Assembly: GCA_963716985.1 (NCBI GenBank)
Contig: OY970323.1
Location: forward strand, 160,001 to 224,000
Length of the DNA stretch: 64,000 nt
Direction: 5' to 3'
Source: an uncultured bacterium
GTDB lineage: Bacteria; Chlamydiota; Chlamydiia; Chlamydiales; SM23-39
The position numbers and the translations under genes are program-made. Positions within the stretch are counted from its first letter, which is position 1. Each line of letters begins with the position of its first letter. Shown here one piece after another: positions 26,211-35,801 of the stretch. Below the pieces are notes generated by a model that worked only from the letters and a program-made list of their open reading frames with translations, did no database searches and was not told where the DNA came from.

Positions 26211-27563
26211 TTAATCCTGCGCCTCAAGCAGTGCCTTCTTGAGGCGCTCAATGCGCGAGAGGTCCAGACGAATCAATATTTTTCTGTGTTTGGACATCTG
26301 GACATGTCCGCGTTTGCCTTTGATGCGGCTTAAGAATTTTCGCTCGACGATGAAGATGTGCGACTCTTTTTGCTCTTTTGCCTTGCTATAGAAGAGGGCA
26401 AGGTGCGCTGCGTCGAGAATCGACTCTTCATCCATTGCGCTGTTTTTTTTTGTCTTTAGAATCACATGGGATCCCGGATCATCGGCGACATGAAGCCAAA
26501 GATCGGAGCCCTTGGCAAGAGAAAATGTTAAGCGGTCATTTTCCTCGTCGTTGCGGCCGACGAAAATCTTTTGGCCGGATGCAGAGGTAAATTCTAAAAA
26601 CTCTCTTTTTGCTTTTTCTTTTTGCGGGAAGAAAGAGGGGTGTTCTTTTCGGAAGGAGACAAGTGCATGCAAGGTAGGGATTTGTTCGACTTTTTTTAAA
26701 AGATTTGCACACTCCAGAAGAGCATGTCTTATTTTTTCTTTTTTTTCGCAGAGGAGCTCCTCTTCTTTTTTTAAACGAGAGGCCTTTCGAAAGAAAGCGG
26801 CCACCTGCTCCGACGGGGAGAGGGAGGGATCGAGCAGCAGGGTCTGTTTGGTATGCGTCTGCCAATCTTCAAGCTCGATTTTTTTGCATCCTTTTTGCAG
26901 CAGATGAAAATGGCTTTTTAAGAGATGGGCGTCTTTAAGCGTTTGTTCAAAAAGAGGCGTTTTTTTCTCCAGCTTTTGTAGTTCTTTTTCCCATCTTTTT
27001 TTTCGGGAAACAAGAATTTTGACTGTCTCTTCTTTTTCCTGTTCAAATGAAAGAATCTCCTCCGCCTGCTGATAAAGAGATTCTAGGTTGGAGAGGAAAG
27101 AGGGGTCGACTTCGCTTAAGAGATGTTCTTTGGGCTTTGGAGGAGGTTCGTATACTTTCTTGTCCATCGGGACATAGCTTAAAAAAATGAGATTTTCCTT
27201 ACCCGCGAGATAGAGATTTGCTCCTCTTGAAAAGAGCTCGAAAATCAAGGAAAATCCATTTTCAAAACGCAATTGAAGAATGCGATCTTCGTTCAGAAGA
27301 GCGAGGGAGGTAATCTTTTGATTCTTGAGATACGATTCGATCTTTTTGCAAAAAGGAGTGGAGCGGGAAGGAACTTTTTTTTCTTGGAGATGAAAACGAA
27401 CAAAGGGATGCTTTAAGCAGACCAAAAGAGAAATTTTTTGGGAAAAATGGAGCAGCCATTTGGCGGGGCCGATTTCTCCGATAGAAGAGAGGTTGTTCCC
27501 TTGCAGTTTTGGGCCGATTGTTTTTGCAAGATAGAAAATTTGGCTATAAGAGAGATCTTTCAT
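26211..27563 (-). CDS. NFACT family (RqcH/FbpA-like) protein
   Basis: EDRIL..LIFELF N-domain; coiled coil; VGRNDEEND..DLWLHV..PGSHV NFACT-R domain. Confidence 0.85.
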   Translation of the reverse strand: MKDLSYSQIFYLAKTIGPKLQGNNLSSIGEIGPAKWLLHFSQKISLLVCLKHPFVRFHLQEKKVPSRSTPFCKKIESYLKNQKITSLALLNEDRILQLRFENGFSLIFELFSRGANLYLAGKENLIFLSYVPMDKKVYEPPPKPKEHLLSEVDPSFLSNLESLYQQAEEILSFEQEKEETVKILVSRKKRWEKELQKLEKKTPLFEQTLKDAHLLKSHFHLLQKGCKKIELEDWQTHTKQTLLLDPSLSPSEQVAAFFRKASRLKKEEELLCEKKEKIRHALLECANLLKKVEQIPTLHALVSFRKEHPSFFPQKEKAKREFLEFTSASGQKIFVGRNDEENDRLTFSLAKGSDLWLHVADDPGSHVILKTKKNSAMDEESILDAAHLALFYSKAKEQKESHIFIVERKFLSRIKGKRGHVQMSKHRKILIRLDLSRIERLKKALLEAQD

Positions 27564-27686
27564 AACTGGGATTTTTCTTGAATTTTACGGTAGAGGAGGT
27601 TAAAAATCGATGAAGTTCGAAATGGACTTTTTTCTTTTGAGTCGTTATGTGTACTATAGATTACTAACAGGCGGGAGGGATTCTTC

Positions 27687-28126
27687 ATGAAAAAATGTCT
27701 TTTTGCGATTTTGTTTTTAGGGTTCATTGTGTGCGGCTGCGAAACAAAAACGGGAACGGGCGCCCTTGCCGGAGGCGGAATTGGCGCGCTGACAGGGGGT
27801 CTCATTGGGGGGGGCAGGGAGCTCTCATTGGAGGCGCCGTGGGTGCGATCGGGGGAGGATTGGTAGGCGCTGCTCTTGACGAACAGGATCGAAAGATGAT
27901 GGAACAGTCGAGCCCGCGCACGGTAGAAAGAATGGATCATGGCGAGCCTTTGACGATTAGCGATGTGATCAAGCTATCTCAAGGCGGCGTGAGCGATGAG
28001 ACGATCATCCGTTACATCAAACGCAGCGAGACCACTTATAACTTAAGCCAAGCGCAAATCGATCGATTAAAAGAAGCGGGCGTGAACCAGCGAGTGATTA
28101 ATTACATGGTCAATACCGGAGATTAA
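27687..28126 (+). pseudogene. Glycine-zipper lipoprotein, frameshifted in a G8 tract at 27807-27814
   Basis: ATG 27687 gives MKKCLFAILFLGFIVCGCETKTGTGALAGGGIGALTGGLIGG. One extra G joins it to GQGALIGGAVGAIGGGLVGAALDEQD..., giving 146 aa. Confidence 0.8.
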
Positions 28127-28137
28127 TCAGGGGATTT

Positions 28138-29178
28138 ATGTCTTGTCAGATGGGGCGCGGAGATACGTTAGATTCCAGTTATTTTCAAAAGGTAGCTAGG
28201 CGCTCTCACCTAAGCACTCTGAAGCAGTTTAAAAAGACGATGGCCTTTTTTGCCTGGTTCAAATTGGGCTTTCTTTTTCTTTTTATCGTGGAAGTTCTTT
28301 TCCTCATGTGGTTTTTTGTCTTTTTTGCCCAATCGTCTCTTTTTGCCATCTTCTTAGGGGTGATTTTTTTGACGGTCTTTACCTATCTCGTGCTCTTTTT
28401 TTATTTCCAGACCAAAAAACCCGAACAGCTGGAAAAGCTGAAAGAACGCTTTATGCAATCCTGCCGGCAAGTTTCTAATATTCCTGCCGATGCCGCGGAA
28501 CATCATTTAATGCTGGCCCAATCCGCCTTAAAACTTGTTGCCCAAATGCAGGGGTTTGAAGAAAAGTATTACAAGGCTCCAAACAGCCTTCATTTTTTCT
28601 CTTCGCTTTTTTCAAAGCTGGGAACCTTTCTTCATCAGGAGGATGTTTTTCTTATGAAGGAAGAGCTTCTTTTCGGCGCGATTGACGAGCATGTGGCGCA
28701 AATCCAGATGACTCCTTGCGATTTAGAAGTCCACGCTTCTTTAGCCCATACCTACGTAGTGCTTTCCCGTCTTTATTTGGAAGCGCAAAATCGGACGAGC
28801 AGCGGGCTTGCCAAAAGCGTGGAAGCCAGGCTGGAAAAAAAATTCGAGACGGCGTCATTAAGGGCGATTGAAGAGCTCAAGATCCTCAATGACTACGCTC
28901 CTAACGATCCTTGGGTTCATGCCCAATTGGCCCAAAGCTACCAAACGCTGCAAATGCCCAATGAAGAGGCGGCAGAGTATGAAATTCTTTTGAAGCTCAG
29001 CCCCAATGACAAAGAGATTCTTTTTCGTTTGGGAAGGCTCTATTTGGAGTTGGGCCAAAACGCAAGGGGTCTTCGTATTTATGAAGACTTGAAAGGAATG
29101 TCTTATAAAAAGGCAGAAGATCTCATTGCTTTTTATGGTACCGGCAGATCGTTAGATCTTCAGGAAGATATTCATTGA
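28138..29178 (+). CDS. Membrane-anchored TPR protein
   Basis: Two N-terminal TMs; TPR-like APNDPWVHAQLA, SPNDKEILFRLG. Confidence 0.8.
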   Translation: MSCQMGRGDTLDSSYFQKVARRSHLSTLKQFKKTMAFFAWFKLGFLFLFIVEVLFLMWFFVFFAQSSLFAIFLGVIFLTVFTYLVLFFYFQTKKPEQLEKLKERFMQSCRQVSNIPADAAEHHLMLAQSALKLVAQMQGFEEKYYKAPNSLHFFSSLFSKLGTFLHQEDVFLMKEELLFGAIDEHVAQIQMTPCDLEVHASLAHTYVVLSRLYLEAQNRTSSGLAKSVEARLEKKFETASLRAIEELKILNDYAPNDPWVHAQLAQSYQTLQMPNEEAAEYEILLKLSPNDKEILFRLGRLYLELGQNARGLRIYEDLKGMSYKKAEDLIAFYGTGRSLDLQEDIH

Positions 29179-29274
29179 ATTTCTTCCCCCAAAAGACCGT
29201 TTTTTTTGGTTAAATTTTGATGATTCTTAATGAACCATGGATATAATCACAAAATAGGAAAAAAAGGTGAAAAA

Positions 29275-32106
29275 ATGCGTCAAGTAAATCTTTTTCATTT
29301 CACGCGCAGTTTTCTGATCGGCGTGGCTCTTTTCTTTTGCGCATCACCCCTTCTTTCGGAAGACGCGCACGAGCCTCCTTGTCAGAATTTACAGGAAGAT
29401 GCAGAAGCAATGTTTTTGCGAAGGATCGTCGAATTTTGGGAATCCGGCCAGTATTCGGTAGCCAAGGAAGAAATCGGAAAGTATTTAGAGGAGCATCCCG
29501 GGACTCATCTGACAAACGATCTATTGGTTTTTTTAGGCGACGTTTATTTGAAGGAAGGAAAGTTTGAAGAGGCGATTGTAACCTATAAAAAAATCAAGGA
29601 CAATTCGGTCAAGCTTTCCGTCTATTTGAACTATCTTCAATGCCTCTTGGAGCTCAAAAAATACCAAAATCTGATCAGCGAGTGCAGTTTTTATTTGCAT
29701 AACTACAGCTCCTTTCTGGCGGAAACGACCCAGCAGGTGAAGGTCTATTTGGGATATGCCTACTATGAAAGCGCAATGAATGCCCAAGGAGATGCTGCTC
29801 AAGCCTTTGCCCGGATGGCAAAACCCTATTTTGAAGATCTTCTGAAGACAAATTTTTGCGAAGAATCCCTGCAAATTTTGACCTCTTTGCACCAGATTTT
29901 GCAAGATTATCGGTCGGCCGGCAATCTCTATCTATCGCTTAGCGAAAAATATCCGGAGAGAAAAGAGGAGTTTCTTTTCGAGGCCGCCAATTGCGCACTT
30001 GAATTTGACAGAGATCTTGCCCTGCAGACATTTTCCACCATTTGCCGCACCGGAAAAGCAAAGGTGCATGAGGCAGCCGATCAGAGGATGCGGCTTCTTT
30101 ATGAAATGAAAAAATACTCCGACCTCATTCTTTTAGCCGACGCGCTTGCGGATCTTTGTTCGAAGGAAAATCTGCCCTTTTTTCATTTTCTTTTGGGAAG
30201 CAGTTATTTCGAGCTGAAGGATTATAAACATGCCGCTCTTGAAATGAAAAAATATATTGATAGAGAAGAGGTGAAGGATGAGAAAATGAGAGACGCCCTC
30301 GCTCTCATCATGAGTGCTGCGCACCAGATGAAAGATCGAGAGCTTTTTGAGGAGAGCTTTGCCTCTTTTGAAAAGAATTTCCCCAAGGACGAAGAGCTGC
30401 CCAAAGCACTTCTGGCAAAGGCTCTGTTAAATAAAAAAGATTCTCGGCCGGTAGAGGCGGAAAAAGATTTTTCTCAGCTAGTTCCTATCTTTTCTACTCT
30501 CGAAGATAGTGAAACTTTTCTCTATGAGTATGCCGACCTTCTCTTGCAGATGAAGGAGGCGTCAAAGAGCAAAGAGTATTTCTCAAAACTTTTGCAAATC
30601 ACAAAAAACGAGGCCCAAAAAAGAGAGGCTCTTCGCGGGCTTATCCATGCTTCCGTAGTCGTTGCTTTTGAAGAGAAAGACACAGAAAAGGCAATCGCTT
30701 TGAAGAAAGATCTCGTCGTTAGCTTGCAAACGATGCTCTCAGAAAAAGAAGCTCTTTCCGATCAAGAGAGAGACGAGTATCTCTATCTTTTGGGACAGTG
30801 TCAATTCGAATGCAAAGAGTTCGCCTCTGCCCTTGAAGTTTTAGAGCCTTTAACGGAAAAATCTAAAAATTGTCCCCATCTGGCGCAAGTCCATCTCTTT
30901 TTAGCCCAATGTGCCGATAGGATCAACAAGGATAAAAAGAGCTATTGCCGGCATGTGGAGACAGCGCTTGCTTTGAAAGATCCCTCTTTAAAGGAATCTT
31001 CGCTGCATCTTCTTCTTTTTAATGGATATTTTGAACTGGGACAGGAGAATCAAGAAATGCTCTCGATGGCTGCCGAACATCTTTTTTTAGCGCAGCTGGA
31101 TGAGACGATCCGGATCCAAGAGGATAATCAGCTTTGGCTTGCGCAATACTATTACCAAAGAAGCGATCGCTTCATGCAGATAAGCCAGTGGAGGGCCAAA
31201 GAGGAAGAAAAGCTGCGCATGCAAGAAGAGAGACGGCGAGCGATTTCTCTGATCGAAAAAAACGTGACGCTTCCTCCCAAAGAAACGATCACTCCTCAAG
31301 AAGAAGAGGCACTATTCAAGCTTGCCAACCTATTCCAATGGGATCAAAACCGGGAGAAATCCTTAGAACTGTTCACGCTTTTGCAGGATCAGTATAAAAA
31401 AGATCCAACCACTTGTTGGAATAGGAAAGAACCGGCCCTTCTCTCTCTTTCCAAAAGCTTGAGAGAAAAAGGAGATCAGGGAAAAGCAATGGATCTTCTC
31501 GACGAGGTCATCTCGTTGAAAAGAGACCCTTTTGCCGTCATGAAAGCATCTTTTGAAAAGTGTCTTCTTCGCATATCTCTCTTGACGGAAGAGGAAAAGA
31601 GCCTTTCCTCTCCTCAGGTGGTCAGCATCATAGCCGAGCTCAAGCAGATCAAGCTGCAGAGAAAGCTGGCGTATGAGCCTCTTCATTTTGAAGCAGCGCT
31701 TGCGCTTGTCGAGCTTGAGTCATCTCTTGAAAAAGAGGCCCCTTTTTTTGAAAAAAAACTCGCAAAGCTCCTCGCTTTGAAAGAAGAGTTTTTTTCGAGC
31801 GAAGATGTTCTTTCCAAGGATTATCACGAACTGAGAAAAAAAATGATCGACAAAGAGCTTTTGATTCAGAGCTATTTGGCGATGATCGATGAGGAAGTGC
31901 TCATTTGCAAAATGAGAAGCGAAAAAGAGAAGAGCGAAGATGTTGCAAGATATTATCAAGAAGCCAATCGATTGATCCACGCTCTTCTGGAAGAAAATTT
32001 TGTTCTGACGTCCGAGCTTTATGCAAGAATCCATAAAGACAAAGAGTTTCTTGAAGCGGAATCAAAAGACCTTTCTTTGATGGAGAAAAAGGCGATAGAA
32101 AAATGA
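29275..32106 (+). CDS. Large exported TPR protein
   Basis: Signal peptide-like N-terminus; repeated TPR-like helices (FLGDVYLKEGKFEEA, LLGSSYFELKDY). Confidence 0.8.
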   Translation: MRQVNLFHFTRSFLIGVALFFCASPLLSEDAHEPPCQNLQEDAEAMFLRRIVEFWESGQYSVAKEEIGKYLEEHPGTHLTNDLLVFLGDVYLKEGKFEEAIVTYKKIKDNSVKLSVYLNYLQCLLELKKYQNLISECSFYLHNYSSFLAETTQQVKVYLGYAYYESAMNAQGDAAQAFARMAKPYFEDLLKTNFCEESLQILTSLHQILQDYRSAGNLYLSLSEKYPERKEEFLFEAANCALEFDRDLALQTFSTICRTGKAKVHEAADQRMRLLYEMKKYSDLILLADALADLCSKENLPFFHFLLGSSYFELKDYKHAALEMKKYIDREEVKDEKMRDALALIMSAAHQMKDRELFEESFASFEKNFPKDEELPKALLAKALLNKKDSRPVEAEKDFSQLVPIFSTLEDSETFLYEYADLLLQMKEASKSKEYFSKLLQITKNEAQKREALRGLIHASVVVAFEEKDTEKAIALKKDLVVSLQTMLSEKEALSDQERDEYLYLLGQCQFECKEFASALEVLEPLTEKSKNCPHLAQVHLFLAQCADRINKDKKSYCRHVETALALKDPSLKESSLHLLLFNGYFELGQENQEMLSMAAEHLFLAQLDETIRIQEDNQLWLAQYYYQRSDRFMQISQWRAKEEEKLRMQEERRRAISLIEKNVTLPPKETITPQEEEALFKLANLFQWDQNREKSLELFTLLQDQYKKDPTTCWNRKEPALLSLSKSLREKGDQGKAMDLLDEVISLKRDPFAVMKASFEKCLLRISLLTEEEKSLSSPQVVSIIAELKQIKLQRKLAYEPLHFEAALALVELESSLEKEAPFFEKKLAKLLALKEEFFSSEDVLSKDYHELRKKMIDKELLIQSYLAMIDEEVLICKMRSEKEKSEDVARYYQEANRLIHALLEENFVLTSELYARIHKDKEFLEAESKDLSLMEKKAIEK

Positions 32107-33998
32107 TGGAAAAAAAGCTCGGTTCAAAGAGAGTCTTTAGCTTTTGCTTCCTTTTTTCTCTATGTTTGCATGGAGGTGTTCTTTTTTTCTTAGAAAATTT
32201 TTATTTTTTTCGCACAACGCCCCTTTCTCATGACAAGAGCTTTGCGGCCCGTGAAAAAATGGTCCTTCCTTCCAGACGGGAAGACTCTCCCATCCTACGG
32301 GTCTCTTTTCATCAAACATCTTCTCATGGGGGCGTCCAAGAAAGCATCTCTTGGGAAAACGGCTCCTCTCTTCGGAAAGAAAAAGAGGATTTCGGGTCCA
32401 TTCACGCGCCTTCTTTTCTTGGGAAAAAGAGAGAAGATCCATTTGTCCCCCTTCGATTTTCCACCAAACAAAAAAACATCAGCTCTCCCGTAAAAGAGAT
32501 CGGCGTCCCGCAAAAGAGGCAAGTCGAGATGGCCCCTTCTTTGAAAGAGAAAGTAAAGGCAAGGGAAGTAGCCCCGATCAAAGAAGAGGCTGCGGAAAAG
32601 AAAAGTTTTTCCAAACCGGAAGAGCCGCTTGCAAAGACAGAGCTGCCCTCTCCCCCCCTATCTATCTCGCAGACGGGGGACGCAGCTCCGCTCAAAGAAG
32701 AGGCGGCGGAAAAGAAAAACTCTTCCAAACCGGAAGAGTCTTTAGCAAAGACAAAAGTGGCATCCCCCGCCGCATCTGTCTCTGAGGAGCCGTCCCACTC
32801 TCATCCATCCGATAGTTCCTTGTCGGAGATTGCGCCCTTTCGCTGCAAAAGTGATCTTTTCGAGCCTAAAAAAGCCGCTTTTCCCAAGCCCGGCAAAAAA
32901 GGTACCCTCATCAATCGAAGATCTCCTTTAGTCTTCCACATGCCCACTTCTTCCGATCTTCATATTCTTTCCTGCGGCAATGATTTCGACCTGGATGTGG
33001 TCTATAATCTCCGAGAGGATGGAGAGGGATATCTTTTTGCTCTCTCCTTAATTCCGAAAAAAAACATTTCCTTTCAAAGAATCAAGCAGAACTATCTTTT
33101 CCTTTTAGATCGCTCCCATTCGATTGGAGAAGAGAGGTTTTATTCTACCAAAGCAGCTCTTTTCTCGGCCCTCTCTCTTCTCGACAGAGAGGATACCTTT
33201 AATATCATTGCCTTCGACAAGAAAAACGAGGCGCTTTTTGAAAAAAACATGCCTGCCAATGCAGCGATGATCCGTCATGCAAAGGAATTTTTACAAAAAC
33301 AAAAGATTGCCGGAATTTTTACTACGACAAATATTTCCCGCCCTCTTTTTCTGGGATCGCAGCAATTGATGAAGGAGGCGGGAAGCCGTTCGATCATCTA
33401 TTTTTCAAACGGAGAAACGCTCGATAAAGCGGGCCATAAAAAGGCGCTTCATGATTGGACCCAAAATAATAAGGGAGCGATTTCTTTTTATAGCGTGATT
33501 CAGAAGGGGGATAAAAAGGGACGTCTTCTCGAGTATCTTTCCGCACTCAATAAGGGAAAACTTTTCGCATCTCAAACGCCGAGCGGCTTCAGGCGCACTC
33601 TTCGGAAGCTCATCTCTTCCATACGCACGCCTTTGGCGCAAAACATGGAAGCCTATGTCTATCTGATGAAAGGAGGGACCGAGGTGACCCTCTATCCCTC
33701 TTTGAAACAGATGCCCAACCTTTATTTAGACCAGCCCTTCGTGGTGATCGGGACGACGAAAAAGCTGGAACCCTTTACCCTCTTTCTCCAAGGGAAGAAT
33801 AAGGGCCAATGGTTTCATATCAAAAAGGACATTTCCTTTCAGAATGCACGATCTTCCGGCCCCTTCCTTTATGAAGAATGGGCGCTTCAAAGGGCCTATC
33901 GCTGTTATGACGCCTATCTTCAAGACGGAAATGAAGACCATTTAAAAAAAGCAAAAGAATTATTAACTCCTTTTTGCGTGGAAGAAGCATTTCGATGA
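32103..33998 (+). CDS. Membrane-anchored vWA (VIT-like) domain protein
   Basis: N-terminal TM (SLCLH), low-complexity linker, MIDAS-like FLLDRSHSI, FNIIAF. Confidence 0.75.
   Translation: MMEKKLGSKRVFSFCFLFSLCLHGGVLFFLENFYFFRTTPLSHDKSFAAREKMVLPSRREDSPILRVSFHQTSSHGGVQESISWENGSSLRKEKEDFGSIHAPSFLGKKREDPFVPLRFSTKQKNISSPVKEIGVPQKRQVEMAPSLKEKVKAREVAPIKEEAAEKKSFSKPEEPLAKTELPSPPLSISQTGDAAPLKEEAAEKKNSSKPEESLAKTKVASPAASVSEEPSHSHPSDSSLSEIAPFRCKSDLFEPKKAAFPKPGKKGTLINRRSPLVFHMPTSSDLHILSCGNDFDLDVVYNLREDGEGYLFALSLIPKKNISFQRIKQNYLFLLDRSHSIGEERFYSTKAALFSALSLLDREDTFNIIAFDKKNEALFEKNMPANAAMIRHAKEFLQKQKIAGIFTTTNISRPLFLGSQQLMKEAGSRSIIYFSNGETLDKAGHKKALHDWTQNNKGAISFYSVIQKGDKKGRLLEYLSALNKGKLFASQTPSGFRRTLRKLISSIRTPLAQNMEAYVYLMKGGTEVTLYPSLKQMPNLYLDQPFVVIGTTKKLEPFTLFLQGKNKGQWFHIKKDISFQNARSSGPFLYEEWALQRAYRCYDAYLQDGNEDHLKKAKELLTPFCVEEAFR
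32574..32765 (+). repeat. In-frame 114-bp-period duplication within the vWA protein linker
   Basis: PIKEEAAEKKSFSKPEEPLAKT versus PLKEEAAEKKNSSKPEESLAKT. Confidence 0.8.
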
Positions 33999-34570
33999 GC
34001 TTGCGCATTGTGGGCGGTTTTTTAAAAGGAAGGAAGATAGAAGTTCCCAAAACGTTTTCCTTTCGCCCCTCCTCTGAGATGCTTCGAGCGGCCCTTTTTA
34101 ACATCTGTCAATTTCACATTGAAAACGTCCATGTTCTTGATCTTTTTTCCGGATCCGGGGCTTTGGGTATCGAAGCGATGAGCCGAGGAGCCGCTTTCTG
34201 TCTTTTTGTAGAAAAAGATCGAAAAACCGCTAGCTTGATTCAAAAGAATTTGGAAGCGCTGTGTATCAGCGATCGGGCGCAAGTGGTTTGCGGCGATGTC
34301 CCGACTTTCGTTAAAACCATTCGAGGGGTATTTCAACTAGTAACACTCGACCCTCCCTATGACTTTTCCAAAGAACATCCCGAGCTGATTGCAACAACCG
34401 TAAGCCAACTGGCTGCGAGCGAGAGTCTTACTCAACATGCGCTTCTTTTTTTTGAAGAGGGCTTTTCTAAAGAGCATTTAGAAAACCCGCCCGCCTTTCC
34501 CTCTTTTGCCCATCAATCCACCAGAAGATATGGCGGCTCGCTTTTGCACCACTACCTTTTCAAGAAGTGA
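33995..34570 (+). CDS. rsmD: 16S rRNA m2G966 methyltransferase
   Basis: LRIVGG.LKGR, RPSSE, LDLFSGSGALGIEAMSRGA, DPPY. Confidence 0.93.
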   Translation: MSLRIVGGFLKGRKIEVPKTFSFRPSSEMLRAALFNICQFHIENVHVLDLFSGSGALGIEAMSRGAAFCLFVEKDRKTASLIQKNLEALCISDRAQVVCGDVPTFVKTIRGVFQLVTLDPPYDFSKEHPELIATTVSQLAASESLTQHALLFFEEGFSKEHLENPPAFPSFAHQSTRRYGGSLLHHYLFKK

Positions 34571-34665
34571 AAAAATTCAGAAATCTCTACAGCGTGTTTT
34601 TTTGTATGACATTTTTTGTTGGAATCTGAGACAATTCTTGCACTAAAATAACTCGCAGTCAGGCC

Positions 34666-35178
34666 ATGTGGTTCGTCTCCCTCGCAGCTGTTTTTCCCGA
34701 AATTGCAGCTTCTGAAACCCGCGTCCTTCATGCATTTGCGAGCCCCGCAGTACCAAATGGAGCCTATGCTTTTTCGGAGTGTTATTGCACTGATCCGGAA
34801 TGTGATTGTCAGTTGGTACGTTTTGTGGTGATAGACACTCATGGGCAGGAGCATGCCTCTATCTCTTATGGATGGAATAACAAGGCTTTTTACGATGAAG
34901 CCTTTTCTGGCTGCGATCACAATTTTCCGGGACCTGATTTTACTATCTTGCAGCGGCAAGGCACTTATGCCAAGTATTTTCTTGATTTTTGTAAAAATGT
35001 TTTGATACGAGATGAGGCTTATGTTGAACGTTTGAAAAGGCATAATGCTTTATTTAAGCAGGAGGCGAGGAAGAGAGACTTGTCAAAACCTATACCGATT
35101 CAAAAATCTCCGACCATTGGAAGGAATGATCTCTGTTCGTGCGGGAGCGGGAAAAAATACAAGAAATGCTGCTACTGA
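34666..35178 (+). CDS. SEC-C motif protein
   Basis: YCTDPECDC motif and C-terminal [19 protein letters not shown]. Confidence 0.85.
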   Translation: MWFVSLAAVFPEIAASETRVLHAFASPAVPNGAYAFSECYCTDPECDCQLVRFVVIDTHGQEHASISYGWNNKAFYDEAFSGCDHNFPGPDFTILQRQGTYAKYFLDFCKNVLIRDEAYVERLKRHNALFKQEARKRDLSKPIPIQKSPTIGRNDLCSCGSGKKYKKCCY

Positions 35179-35734
35179 GAACGAATTCTAACTGGCCGGA
35201 CTTTCCACGCCTAATCTGAGCAAAGGCCTATCAAGAGAGACATGTTATTGTCATCAAAAGGCAGGGCTCCATTCCTGTGGGGGCTGAACGCGTACAAAAT
35301 TTGACCTTTCAGCACCAGGGAGTGTTGAACATAATAAAGACTGAAATACTAAATCCTTTGAGGCACGTTTTTGTAGATGTGATCTGGAGAGCAAACAAAC
35401 CCATAGAAGTTGAATATGAAGAGAAAATATTGGAGTACAAAAATAGTCAGAAATCTCATATGAAAAATCTATCGTACAAGATGTAAAAGAGATAGAAACA
35501 AAAATATTCTGTTCTATCAAAAAGAGAATACTGCCTTCCAAAAGTCCTCCATGGAGAAGAGGTGTTGTATGAGAAGCTTTGTCGGGGGCACTGCCCCCTG
35601 CTTCCTCGCTCTCGCCATAGTTGGGCTCGAATATTCTGATTTATGGGATTTACAAAAGGGACGAACCTCTTCAAACTCCCCCTTTTCCAAAAAGGGACAT
35701 TTTAACTTTGCGTTGACACGTGCCAATTTATTTC

Positions 35735-35764
35735 TTGACTTGTTGAACTACCAGCAAGTATAAC
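35735..35764 (+). promoter_or_regulatory. Putative sigma66/70 promoter for the repeat-protein/barrel operon
   Basis: TTGACT-N18-TATAAC, followed by an AAGGAGG RBS at 35785. Confidence 0.4.
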
Positions 35765-35801
35765 CTCTTTGCAAAATAAGGCTGAAGGAGGAAAATTCGC
35801 A

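Noticed and set aside
35190..35730. Short ORF fragments that might be mobile-element remnants
   Set aside because: Interrupted by stops, with no recognisable motif or terminal repeats; needs BLASTX.
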